64,000 bases of DNA from Candidatus Poribacteria bacterium. GTDB taxonomy: Bacteria; Poribacteria; WGA-4E; PCPOR2b. The stretch spans positions 1,120,001 to 1,184,000 of the forward strand of contig OZ242351.1 in assembly GCA_965208675.1 (NCBI GenBank), written 5' to 3'. Under the pieces are notes generated by a model. The model worked only from the letters and a program-made list of their open reading frames with translations. It was not told the origin of the DNA and ran no database searches. Positions 8,832 to 19,087 of this stretch are shown piece after piece. Position numbers and translations under genes: made by a program. Positions within the stretch are counted from its first letter, which is position 1, and each line of letters opens with the position of its first letter.

Positions 8832-10739
8832 GTGAATATTATGAGATTGGCAATGAGCTTTATTCGATTCACTCATCGAATTGCCCTAGCGCTAACATTA
8901 TTGATCTTGAGTTCCGTCCAAGCGAGGGGCGTAGAAGACAAGATAGTCTTCATTTCCAAGCGCAACTTCACGCCTGAAGTTTTCTTGGTTGAAGGCTTGA
9001 ACGGCAGACCGATTCAACTCACACGAAATATGTTTGCAAGTTGGCCCTCAATTTCTCCGGACGGCACTGAGGTCGTCTTCGTATCTCGCCCGCCTGCCGA
9101 ATCAGAAAACATCTTCAAATTGCGCATTCCAACTCGAAAAATTGAGAAATTGACTGGCGATGATAAACGGGATGCTCAATACACCGATTTGGATTGGTCG
9201 CCTGATGGCAAGCAAATTTTGTTCATAAAGTCTGTCGTTACATTTAATGGCACAAAAACCATTCTGTGCGTAATGGATATGACTAAACGCGATATACGGC
9301 ACATCCTTCAACCAGAGCTCCCAGCAACTATTTATCATCCCAGTTGGTCGCCTGATAGTCAGCATATTCTATACGGACAACTTCAAGACCACGGACTGTT
9401 TATCACTGACGAGAATGGGCATAACATCGTTAATGTTACACGGGATTATTCAGCAGGGTATTCCTCATGGTCACCGAGTCACGGTCAAATTGCTTACATT
9501 GGAGTCGTTGTGACTGAACCGCCACCGCTGAATATTCTTCAAATCTACTCAATGAATCTCGCTGACGGAAATGTTACCGCTCTGACCTCTGGGAATACCG
9601 TGGACAGTATTCCATTAGCTTGGCGTCCAGATGGGCAGAAAATCCTATGCGCGATTCAATCTTTCTTTAATCCATACGATTTCGATAAAGGAAATAATTC
9701 GAGCGATATCTACGTCATGAATACCGATGGCACGAACATGTTGAACTTGACGCAGACGCCGGAGTATGAAATTAGTGCTAGCTGGTCACCCGACGGCGAT
9801 TGGATTGCGTTCGACAAAGCGGTAGAGGAAAGGGGAATTGCAATTTTCGTGATGAATGCGAATGGACTGAACCCGCAGCGATTGACGTTTGGCCCCGGGA
9901 ATAGCATGGCCCCCGATTGGTCACCGGACGGCCGCACAATTGCTTTCCTGTCAAATCGAGATGGTGCACTTAGAATCTACACCATGGACACGGCCGGAAA
10001 AAATGTGCAACAGCTTACACATCGTCGTCGCAAATTCGACGGGGCGCCGGCTTGGTCGCCCGATGGGCGATGGCTTGCTTTCGGATCCGGGGATGAACGG
10101 AGTTGGGGACTTTATCTCATAGATCCCCATGGCCGCAACGAATCGCCCATGTTCCATTCGCAGGTGAGCCAACCGTACTATTGGGCTTACTTGCGTCCTA
10201 CATGGTCCCCCGATAGTGAGCATCTCGCTTTCGTCGCCCCCTGGAGGGAAAGTGGAGCTAACTTAATGAAAATTCGGGTTAATGGTGGTAGGCTAACCCA
10301 GTTAAACACTGAAGGTTTAAAATTTCGGCAGAGTCCCCTGTGGTCACCAGACGGCAACGCTCTGCTTTTCAGTGCGATAAAGGAGAGAAAACCCATCATT
10401 CCCAAAGCAGAATTCGGACTATTCATGAGGAATCTCAATACCTCCGAACGCATCGAATTCATCTTGCCGGGTTTCTACGATTTCCTTTTAGATTCAGATT
10501 GGGTTCTTCGCCGGTTGGTTTGGGCTCCAGACGGCTCGCAACTCATGCTATCAATTGGGCAAATCGGAATAGACACTCCACAGGAACAAAGGGTCTATTT
10601 GATTGACGTCACTAGTGAATCAATCAGGCTATGGAGGAAAGATGCGGCTGAAGCAGATTGGGTCAGGCCGGGCTATGTGTATGCGGTGAATCCCAGCGGC
10701 AAACGGATTTCAACATGGGCTGAATTGAAAAGACGCTAA
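8832..10739 (+). CDS. Exported TolB-like PD40 repeat protein 2 (paralog of protein 1)
   Basis: Signal peptide ending SVQA, WSPDG repeats, VNPSGKRISTWAELKRR; exact start uncertain. Confidence 0.85.
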   Translation: MNIMRLAMSFIRFTHRIALALTLLILSSVQARGVEDKIVFISKRNFTPEVFLVEGLNGRPIQLTRNMFASWPSISPDGTEVVFVSRPPAESENIFKLRIPTRKIEKLTGDDKRDAQYTDLDWSPDGKQILFIKSVVTFNGTKTILCVMDMTKRDIRHILQPELPATIYHPSWSPDSQHILYGQLQDHGLFITDENGHNIVNVTRDYSAGYSSWSPSHGQIAYIGVVVTEPPPLNILQIYSMNLADGNVTALTSGNTVDSIPLAWRPDGQKILCAIQSFFNPYDFDKGNNSSDIYVMNTDGTNMLNLTQTPEYEISASWSPDGDWIAFDKAVEERGIAIFVMNANGLNPQRLTFGPGNSMAPDWSPDGRTIAFLSNRDGALRIYTMDTAGKNVQQLTHRRRKFDGAPAWSPDGRWLAFGSGDERSWGLYLIDPHGRNESPMFHSQVSQPYYWAYLRPTWSPDSEHLAFVAPWRESGANLMKIRVNGGRLTQLNTEGLKFRQSPLWSPDGNALLFSAIKERKPIIPKAEFGLFMRNLNTSERIEFILPGFYDFLLDSDWVLRRLVWAPDGSQLMLSIGQIGIDTPQEQRVYLIDVTSESIRLWRKDAAEADWVRPGYVYAVNPSGKRISTWAELKRR

Positions 10740-10813
10740 CGCCTTGATGGTTCATGCAATCAGATTCCACTAAGTAGAACAGAGTTCCCAATCAAACCCC
10801 AGGAGGACGACAA

Positions 10814-11563
10814 ATGAGATTGAATCTGTTTTGCATCGTATCGCTCTGTCTTATGAGTCTGATACTGAGTTGCGGCGATGACGAAGACGAACCGTCAATA
10901 GACGTTGTTATGTCGCCGACTGAGAGTCTTAAAGTTAAGGCAGGTATTCCGGACTCGGACAACATCGCGGTACCTGATGCTGACGAGGATCGCGTCAAGA
11001 ATCCAGAAATTGCAGAACCCGAGGTAGATCCCATCCAAGAAGCCATTGATGACGTTTTGGAACGCTTGCGGGAGGGATACGAAAAGGAAGATATCGCCCT
11101 GTATTTGAGTGCGTTCTGGATAGACGGATTTCAGTACATCGTCGATATGGCGACCCCCCACGATATATTTGACGATGTGATTTTTGACGAGTTCAAACAG
11201 GAAGCGCAATCAGCTGCGCGGGTGTTTGCGCGTTTCCAAGATATCGGCCTGCAAATTATAAACCCGGCTCAGATCGTGAGTGAAGCCCCCGAACAAATTG
11301 AAGCCGTGACCCATTATCGTGTTCAAGCGTTCGCTAACGATGGGCACGCGCTCGACGGCGGATTTCTTGCATGGTATGCGGAGGGAGATGCTCGATTCAC
11401 GTTTGAATTTCGCGAGGGCGAGTGGCGGATAACCAAGTGGTTTGACGAGGCACTTGGTGTGCAAGCAATTCACGTTTTCAATCTCGGCATTAAACCTGAA
11501 CCTGTTATTAGCCATATCGGAAAATTGGTCTCTATATGGGGCGTAATAAAAACCGCATTTTAG
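10814..11563 (+). CDS. Lipoprotein, acidic, possible NTF2-like domain
   Basis: Lipobox LILS-C, GYEKEDIALYLSAF...GEWRITKW pattern, C-terminal VISHIGKLVSIWGVIK; AGGAGG SD. Confidence 0.75.
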   Translation: MRLNLFCIVSLCLMSLILSCGDDEDEPSIDVVMSPTESLKVKAGIPDSDNIAVPDADEDRVKNPEIAEPEVDPIQEAIDDVLERLREGYEKEDIALYLSAFWIDGFQYIVDMATPHDIFDDVIFDEFKQEAQSAARVFARFQDIGLQIINPAQIVSEAPEQIEAVTHYRVQAFANDGHALDGGFLAWYAEGDARFTFEFREGEWRITKWFDEALGVQAIHVFNLGIKPEPVISHIGKLVSIWGVIKTAF

Positions 11564-11569
11564 AGGAGA

Positions 11570-13333
11570 GTGCACGTGACTTGTCGCACGGTCTTTTTTA
11601 CGGTAGTATTCACCATCATCTCATTTGCCGTATGCGCGAGAGAACAGATTCTGTTCGTATCCGGACGACACGGTAACGATGAGATATACAGGAATTTTCC
11701 CGGCGCCAAAACTCAGAGGCTTACATTCGATGATGGTCGGGATTTATCCCCGGCGTTGTCGCCCGATGGGAAAAAGATGGCGTACGTCTCGACAATCGAC
11801 AAGGTATTCGAAATTGCCGTTCTAGACTTTAAATCTGGCAAACGCGAGCAACTTACATTCTCGCTCAAAAGCAACCGCCATCCTACTTGGTCCCCGGACG
11901 GCAGCCGAATCGCTTTTTCTTCAGAACGAGATGGCGATTCCGACATATTTATCATGGATTCAACTGGAAAGAATGTAACAAAGATGACCGACAACTTTCC
12001 GTGGGATGATAACTCACCGCATTGGTCGCCGACGAGCCAAAGGGTTGTGTTTATTTCTGATAGAGACAGGAAAGCCGATGAAATTTACTTGCTTGACACA
12101 CAGACCGGTAATCAGCGACAACTTACAACTTCATCAGTCCGGGCAGTATATCCCAAGTGGTCACCGAACGGATCCCAGATTGCCTACCTTGCGCCCCGGC
12201 GACAAAAGTTCCCTCCGCATATTATGGGGATATGGCGCGCGAAGCTTGATGGTTCGGATCTGGAGGCATTGGTCGCTGATGGGAATTTCAACGAGGCCCC
12301 AAAGTTCTCTCGCAATGGGAAATGGATCGCGTTTGAGTCTCAAAGAGACCGTAATCAGGACATTTTTGCCTTGCACCTCGAAACCCAACAATTGAAACGG
12401 TTAACGACACACCCCGGCGAAGATTCGTCCCCCGACTGGTCGCCAGACGGCGAACGCATCGTTTTTTCATCCAACAGAGAGGGCATACCCGATTTTGATA
12501 TTTACACGATGTCAGTCAACCGAGAACAGTTGACCAATCTTACTAAGAGCGGCATGGTGGAGTTAAATCCCGCGTGGTCCCCAAACGGAGAACAGATCGC
12601 TTTCAGCCGGGTAATGAATGATAATAGTATCAGGATTTACGCGATGGATACCGATGGCGAAAATGAAGTCTTATTGGTTGACATGCCCTTTTCCAATATT
12701 TCGCCGGCATGGTCTCCACAAGGGGACAAACTCGCTTTTGTGAATTTCCCAGAGCGTGGAGACACAAAATTTCAAATTTGTGTCGTTGCCCGTGATGGAA
12801 AGCATTTACGAGTATTCAATGAAAATTTGGATGGATCAATGGGGCAAATTGTTTGGTCTCGCGACGGAAGGCAGATTCTTTTCAGTCAAATTGACGGTCG
12901 AATTGCCTTTTACGATACGGAGACACATGTAGTCCGCACAATTGATATGCCGGTGGAAAATGTCTTCAATCTCGATTTGTCTCCCAATGGTGAGGAACTA
13001 ATTTTTACAGGTGTCAAGTGGTTGGAAAAACTTGAACGCCATTATGATGTCTTCTTGATTGACCGAGACGGGAATCCCTTACGAACTATATTAATGGATG
13101 CGGTGCCATCATCCTTAACCGGTGGGCTTGCCTGGTCTCCCGATGGGAGTAAGATTCTAGTAGGTCTTGACGATGGGTTGCACACGCTAGACTTGAATAC
13201 TGAAGACATAGAGCTGTTCATCAATTCTGCCGGGTCCCCTGATTGGCAGGATCCCTCTCTCCCGCGTTCGGTTTTTCCGCGAAACAAGTTGAATACCACA
13301 TGGGGTGCGATGAAAAAGAGCGAGAGACAATGA
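11570..13333 (+). CDS. Exported TolB-like PD40 repeat protein 3
   Basis: Signal peptide, WSPDG/WSPNG repeats, VFPRNKLNTTWGAMKK. Confidence 0.85.
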   Translation: MHVTCRTVFFTVVFTIISFAVCAREQILFVSGRHGNDEIYRNFPGAKTQRLTFDDGRDLSPALSPDGKKMAYVSTIDKVFEIAVLDFKSGKREQLTFSLKSNRHPTWSPDGSRIAFSSERDGDSDIFIMDSTGKNVTKMTDNFPWDDNSPHWSPTSQRVVFISDRDRKADEIYLLDTQTGNQRQLTTSSVRAVYPKWSPNGSQIAYLAPRRQKFPPHIMGIWRAKLDGSDLEALVADGNFNEAPKFSRNGKWIAFESQRDRNQDIFALHLETQQLKRLTTHPGEDSSPDWSPDGERIVFSSNREGIPDFDIYTMSVNREQLTNLTKSGMVELNPAWSPNGEQIAFSRVMNDNSIRIYAMDTDGENEVLLVDMPFSNISPAWSPQGDKLAFVNFPERGDTKFQICVVARDGKHLRVFNENLDGSMGQIVWSRDGRQILFSQIDGRIAFYDTETHVVRTIDMPVENVFNLDLSPNGEELIFTGVKWLEKLERHYDVFLIDRDGNPLRTILMDAVPSSLTGGLAWSPDGSKILVGLDDGLHTLDLNTEDIELFINSAGSPDWQDPSLPRSVFPRNKLNTTWGAMKKSERQ

Positions 13334-13460
13334 TAGGATTCTCGTTACAGAATAATAACCACAATGGCGCAATAGGTTGACTTCGTTCTTAAATGAAATA
13401 CGCACCACGCACAGCGCTTCATCTCTATTTGCGGCAACCGGTGAACAGGGAGGGATTGTT

Positions 13461-15221
13461 ATGAAGCATTACATGGTGATTACGGTTGGTCTAATCTTTG
13501 CGGCGTTGCACTCGAGCGCGGAAGAGCAAATACTGTTTGTATCTGACCGGCACGGCAACGATGAGATATATCGGCATTTCCCCGGAATCAGGACCCAGCG
13601 ACTGACATTCGCGGCGGGATTGGATTCAGATCCAGCGCTATCGCCCGACGGCACAAAGATGGCATATGTCTCTTCACCCAATAGGACATTCCAAATTACC
13701 GTCCTAGACTTCAAATCTGGTAAACACGAGCAACTTACATTTTCGCTTTCACCCAAGCGCAATTTTAGCCCAAGTTGGTCACCGGACGGCGATCGAATCG
13801 CTTTTGCTTCAGACCGAGACGGCGACATGGATATATATATCATGGACGCAAACGGAAGGGACGTATCAAATTTGACCGACGATTCCTTGTGGAACGATAG
13901 TTCTCCGCATTGGTCACCGGTTAGTAACAATATTGTGTTTATTTCATATTGCGGCACTGAATGGGATGAAGTTTATCTGCTTGATGTACAGACCGGCATT
14001 CAGCGAAAACTCACATCCTCGTCCTATTTCGCTGCCCATCCTAGATGGTCGCCGAACGGGTCGCAGATTGCCTACCTCTCCACGCACGTGCCCTTGCCTG
14101 CGTTTGTGCAGCCGAATACTGCGATTTGGCGCGTGAAGTCGGACGGTTCAGATTTGGAAAAAATTGTGACTCAAGGCGAGACAAACACGCATCCGAAATA
14201 CTCCCCCAATGGAGAATGGGTTGCGTTCGAATCTTATATAGATTCAAATTCCGACATTTACACCTTGAACATCAACACCCAAGAACTAATTCGTTTAACT
14301 ACACACCATGGCTACGACTCCTACCCCGATTGGTCTCCGGACGGCGAACGAATTGCTTTTGTTTCCGGCAGAGACGGAAACCTAGACATCTTCACCATGA
14401 CCGTCAACCGTGAGCAGCTAACTAATCTGACAATGAACGGTTTTTCTGAACACCATCCTACTTGGTCCCCAGACGGAGAGAGAATCGTATTCAGCCGAAG
14501 GATGGGGGACACCAGCACCAGGATTTTCGTGATCGACAGCGATGGAGAAAATGAAGTCGAATTGGTTGATTTGCCGATTTCAAACACGTTTCCAACATGG
14601 TCGCCGCGAGGAGACAAACTCGCTTTTGTGAATCGTCCTGAACCGGGAGAACCGAAGTCGCGAATATATACGATAGATTTCGATGGACAGAACTTGGATG
14701 TAATCTATGAAGACCTGGACAATCGAATTGGAGAAATGGATTGGTCCGCCGATGGGACTCAGATCATTATTAATCAAATCCGCGGTCCAATCTCGTTTCT
14801 CGACCTGGCGACCCAAGAGGTCCAGACAATAAACGTGCAAGTAAGCAATCTCTACACTCTTGATTGGTCACCGAATGGCCAAGACATTATTTTTTCAGCG
14901 CCAATACCGGTCGAGGTTGGTGAACCGCGTCACGGTATCTTCATCATTGACCGCGACGGCACGCCTTTAAGAACTATCTATATGGACACGCCGCCGTTTA
15001 CTAGGGCGGATGGCCTTACTTGGTCACCCGACGGGAATAAGATGCTCTTCGGTCATGACGGCAAGTTGTTCATGCTTGACTTGGAAAGTGAAGCGGCGGA
15101 ACTGTACATGGAAACAGGCGGTAATCCCGATTGGCAGGATCCGACGCGCCCTCGCCCAGTGTCTCCGCGAAATAAGCTGAACACAACATGGGGCGAGTTG
15201 AAAAAGGGCGAAAGACGTTGA
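13461..15221 (+). CDS. Exported TolB-like PD40 repeat protein 4
   Basis: Start MKHYMV at 13461 after GGAGG; WSPDG repeats; VSPRNKLNTTWGELKK. Confidence 0.85.
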   Translation: MKHYMVITVGLIFAALHSSAEEQILFVSDRHGNDEIYRHFPGIRTQRLTFAAGLDSDPALSPDGTKMAYVSSPNRTFQITVLDFKSGKHEQLTFSLSPKRNFSPSWSPDGDRIAFASDRDGDMDIYIMDANGRDVSNLTDDSLWNDSSPHWSPVSNNIVFISYCGTEWDEVYLLDVQTGIQRKLTSSSYFAAHPRWSPNGSQIAYLSTHVPLPAFVQPNTAIWRVKSDGSDLEKIVTQGETNTHPKYSPNGEWVAFESYIDSNSDIYTLNINTQELIRLTTHHGYDSYPDWSPDGERIAFVSGRDGNLDIFTMTVNREQLTNLTMNGFSEHHPTWSPDGERIVFSRRMGDTSTRIFVIDSDGENEVELVDLPISNTFPTWSPRGDKLAFVNRPEPGEPKSRIYTIDFDGQNLDVIYEDLDNRIGEMDWSADGTQIIINQIRGPISFLDLATQEVQTINVQVSNLYTLDWSPNGQDIIFSAPIPVEVGEPRHGIFIIDRDGTPLRTIYMDTPPFTRADGLTWSPDGNKMLFGHDGKLFMLDLESEAAELYMETGGNPDWQDPTRPRPVSPRNKLNTTWGELKKGERR

Positions 15222-15275
15222 TACGATTCGCATGACACAATTTTCTGAACGCTGGCACAATAAGGAGGGATAGTT

Positions 15276-17036
15276 ATGAAACATTACATTGTGATTGTGG
15301 TAGGTTTCACCCTGGTGTCATTGATAGCGAGCGCGGAAGATCAGATTTTGTTTGTTTCCGGAGAAATCAGGGAAGCCGAGATATACAGGCAATTTCCCGG
15401 CGGCAAAACCGAAAGGCTCACATTTAACAGCGGAAGGGATGGTGACCCAGCGCTATCTCCCGATGGGACAAAGGTGGCGTATTTCACAACTATTGATAAA
15501 GTATTCCAGATTGCCGTCCTCGACTTTGCATCTGGAAAAAGCCAACAACTTACATTTTCGCGTTGGCCCAAGCGAAATTTCAATCCAACTTGGTCGCCGG
15601 ACGGAAGGCGAATCGCCTATTCTTCAGAAGAAGATGGTGATTTCGATATTTATATCATGGATGCCGATGGCAAGAACGTCACAAATATGACCGACGATTC
15701 CCCGCGGCACGATAGGCAGCCCCATTGGTCACCAGTGAGCCAAAAGATTGTGTTTATCTCTAATCGGGACGATTACGCGGGAGAAGATGTGAATTTGCTT
15801 GATGTGCAAACCGGCAATCAGCGAATGCTCAAAAACCCATCATATGGAGCGGGTTATCCCAAATGGTCCCCGAACGGTTCCCAGATTGCCTACATATCAG
15901 CGGAACGGCCTGAGATTCCTCCGTTAACCTGGGCGATTTGGCGCATGAAGGCGGACGGATCGGATTTGGAACCGTTGGAAACTGAAGTCGACAGAGAATC
16001 GTACCCGAATTTCTCTCCCGATGGGAAGTGGATTGCATTTGCAACATGGAGAGACGCAAATACAGACATCTATGCTGTCAACGTGGAAACTCATGAGGAA
16101 ACTCGTTTAACAATGCATCTTGGCTACGACTCACACCCTGATTGGTCTCCAGACGGCGAACGAATCGCATTTGTTTCCGGTAGAGACGGTAACAGCGATG
16201 TTTTTACTATGACTGTCAACCGAGAGCAGCTAACCAATTTAACCAAGAGTGTCACATATGAGTCTCATCCCACTTGGTCGCCTGACGGCGAAAAAATCGC
16301 TTTCAGTCGGAGGATGGGGGACACCAGCATCAGAATTTACGTGATAGACAGCACAGGTGAAAATGAAGTCAAATTGGTTGACGCGCCGTTTTTCAATATA
16401 TATCCGGCGTGGTCGCCGCGAGGGGATAATATCGCTTTTGTAAATCACCCGGAACGGGAAAATCCAATGTTCCGAATTTGTACGGTTGACACGGATGGGC
16501 AAAACCTACAAGTATTATATGAAAATCAGGAAGAAGAAGGGGCGCCAGGAATCTCTTGGTCCGGTGATGGGACTGAGATCCTACTCCGTCGAGACGGCGG
16601 TCGAATCGCCTTTCTTGACACGGTTACCCGTGAAGTTCGCACTTTGCAGCTACCAGTGATCGGCATTGACAACCCCGATTGGTCGCGCAACGGCAATGAA
16701 ATCACGTTTTTGGCGATAGCCCATACAATCGAATCCTTTGAACCGCGCGACGGGGTCTACATAATTGATCGCGAGGGGAATCTGTTACGGACAATTTTGA
16801 CGGGCGGCCACTTCATTACTCACCATGGATTAGCTTGGTCACCGGACGGAAATAGGATTCTCGTCGGCCGCGAAGACGGCATATATACGCTTGACCTGGA
16901 TAGCGAAGCCATGGAGCTATTCATGGAATCCGCCAGTGAACCGGATTGGCAGGATCCGACACTACCTCGCTCAGTGTCTCCGCGAAATAAGCTGAACACA
17001 ACGTGGGGCGACATGAAAAAACTTGGAGCGCGCTGA
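15276..17036 (+). CDS. Exported TolB-like PD40 repeat protein 5
   Basis: AAGGAGG SD; signal peptide; VSPRNKLNTTWGDMKK. Confidence 0.85.
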   Translation: MKHYIVIVVGFTLVSLIASAEDQILFVSGEIREAEIYRQFPGGKTERLTFNSGRDGDPALSPDGTKVAYFTTIDKVFQIAVLDFASGKSQQLTFSRWPKRNFNPTWSPDGRRIAYSSEEDGDFDIYIMDADGKNVTNMTDDSPRHDRQPHWSPVSQKIVFISNRDDYAGEDVNLLDVQTGNQRMLKNPSYGAGYPKWSPNGSQIAYISAERPEIPPLTWAIWRMKADGSDLEPLETEVDRESYPNFSPDGKWIAFATWRDANTDIYAVNVETHEETRLTMHLGYDSHPDWSPDGERIAFVSGRDGNSDVFTMTVNREQLTNLTKSVTYESHPTWSPDGEKIAFSRRMGDTSIRIYVIDSTGENEVKLVDAPFFNIYPAWSPRGDNIAFVNHPERENPMFRICTVDTDGQNLQVLYENQEEEGAPGISWSGDGTEILLRRDGGRIAFLDTVTREVRTLQLPVIGIDNPDWSRNGNEITFLAIAHTIESFEPRDGVYIIDREGNLLRTILTGGHFITHHGLAWSPDGNRILVGREDGIYTLDLDSEAMELFMESASEPDWQDPTLPRSVSPRNKLNTTWGDMKKLGAR

Positions 17037-17205
17037 AACAATACATTCGCGTGATCGTAGTTCGAAGAAGCCGTGAATACGCGTAGCGATTATATTACGC
17101 CATTGACACACTTTGGACTCGACTTTCGGTTACAGTTATTCCCCTCAACCAATCCAATCCTACATTACATCTCATTTAGTTCAAATTTTGGAGGAGAGAT
17201 ACAGT

Positions 17206-18960
17206 ATGATCTATCGCATTGCCGTGTTCGCGGTGAGTCTCGCTTGTATTGCGTTGTACGCTATCGCGGAAGAACAGATCCTCTTTGTAACCGACCGAGA
17301 TGGGAACAGCGAGATATACAGATATTTTCCCGGCGGCAGACCAACTAGGCTTACATTTCACGAAGGACTGGATGGCGCTCCAGCGTTATCCCCGAATGGG
17401 AAATCAATGGCTTATGTCACGATGATTAATCGGGCATCCCAAATCGCCGTGCTGGACTTCAACACCGGCAAACGCCGGCAACTGACATTTTCACCCAAAA
17501 ACGATGTCCATCCTACATGGTCACCGGACGGCAGACGAATCGCATTTGCTTCAGATCGGGACGGCGATTTCGATATATACATTATGAATGCAAACGGGAA
17601 GAACGCGAAAAATATGACCGATAATTCCGCTCTGCAGGATGGATCGCCTCATTGGTCTCCCGTGAGTCAGAAGATTGTGTTTACTTCTGAGCGGGATCAT
17701 CAGGCTCCAGAAGATGTCAATGTGCTTGATGCCCAGACTGGCAATCAGCGAACACTCATAACTTCATCAACTTTTGCGTTCAATCCCAAATGGTCACCGA
17801 ACGGGTCGCAGATTGCCTACTTTTCGCAGGAACTGCCTGACGCTTCACCGTCGACTACTCTTCTTTGGCGAGTGAAACCAGATGGTTCAGAATTGGAAGC
17901 ATTGGTGACTGGAGGAGAGTCAAACTCACATCCCAAATATTCTCCTGATGGATCGTCAATTGCGTTTGTGTCTGAAAGAAACTTTAACACAGACATTTAT
18001 ACTTTTAACCTTGAAACCGATGAGTTATCTCGTATAACAACACATCTCGGCTTCGATTTGTACCCCGATTGGTCTCCAGACGGAGAACGGCTTGCCTTCG
18101 TTTCCAGCAGAGACGGGAATTTAGATGTCTTTACAATGACTGTCAATGGAGAGCGCGTTACAAACCTGACTAAGAGCGGCATGATGGAGGCGCTTCCCAC
18201 TTGGTCTCCAGATGGGAGAACAATCGCTTTTAGTCGAGCGATGGGAGATAATAGCATCAGGATATACACGATTGATTCCGGTGGTGGAAATGAGGTTAAA
18301 CTGGTTGACTTACCGGTTGACAACGTCTCCCCTACCTGGTCTCCGCAGGGCAATAAACTGGCTTTCGTAAATATCCCGGAACGTGGAGACCCGACACACC
18401 GAATTTACACGGTTGACCCTGATGGAAGAAATCTACGCCTGTTGCATGAAGAACCGGTCGATTCAATCGACGAAATTGCTTGGGGACGTGACGAATCCCA
18501 AATAATTTTCAATGGATCCACCAATGGAATCGACTTATTGAACACGGAGACGCGTGAAGTCCACTCGATAGATTTGGATGTATGGAATCTCAATTCTCTC
18601 GATTCGTCACCCGACGGGGAAGACATTATCTTTTCAGCGTCAAAGCCAATTGAAAATCCGGAGCGGCGCTTAGGAGTCTTCATCATTGATACTGAGGGAA
18701 TGCTCCTACGAATTGTCCCAACGGACGTGCCGATTTCATTATTGAACCTAGGGCTTTCATGGTCACCGGATGGGAATGAGATTCTCGTTGGGCATGGCGA
18801 AGGGTTGTACAAGCTAGATTTGAATAGCGAAGCCATGGAGCTATTCATGGAATCCGCCAGTAATCCGGATTGGCAGGATCCGACACTACCTCGCTCAGTG
18901 TCTACGCGAAATAAGCTGAACACAACGTGGGGCGACATAAAAAAACTTGGAGCGCGCTGA
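17206..18960 (+). CDS. Exported TolB-like PD40 repeat protein 6
   Basis: Start MIYRIAV at 17206 after GGAGGAG; VSTRNKLNTTWGDIKK. Confidence 0.85.
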   Translation: MIYRIAVFAVSLACIALYAIAEEQILFVTDRDGNSEIYRYFPGGRPTRLTFHEGLDGAPALSPNGKSMAYVTMINRASQIAVLDFNTGKRRQLTFSPKNDVHPTWSPDGRRIAFASDRDGDFDIYIMNANGKNAKNMTDNSALQDGSPHWSPVSQKIVFTSERDHQAPEDVNVLDAQTGNQRTLITSSTFAFNPKWSPNGSQIAYFSQELPDASPSTTLLWRVKPDGSELEALVTGGESNSHPKYSPDGSSIAFVSERNFNTDIYTFNLETDELSRITTHLGFDLYPDWSPDGERLAFVSSRDGNLDVFTMTVNGERVTNLTKSGMMEALPTWSPDGRTIAFSRAMGDNSIRIYTIDSGGGNEVKLVDLPVDNVSPTWSPQGNKLAFVNIPERGDPTHRIYTVDPDGRNLRLLHEEPVDSIDEIAWGRDESQIIFNGSTNGIDLLNTETREVHSIDLDVWNLNSLDSSPDGEDIIFSASKPIENPERRLGVFIIDTEGMLLRIVPTDVPISLLNLGLSWSPDGNEILVGHGEGLYKLDLNSEAMELFMESASNPDWQDPTLPRSVSTRNKLNTTWGDIKKLGAR

Positions 18961-19087
18961 AACAATATGATAGCACCATCACAGGTCGAAAAAGGTGCGA
19001 ATTCCCAAACATTTTGGATAAGGTCTATGACGCATTCGCACACACATGAAGCCCCATTACGTCCAAAATTTGGAGGAGAGGTCGCGT

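Noticed and set aside
16900-18967. Diversity-generating retroelement TR/VR pair
   Set aside because: Only 4 mismatches, one not at an A of the putative template; both copies are coding gene ends; no reverse transcriptase in the window.
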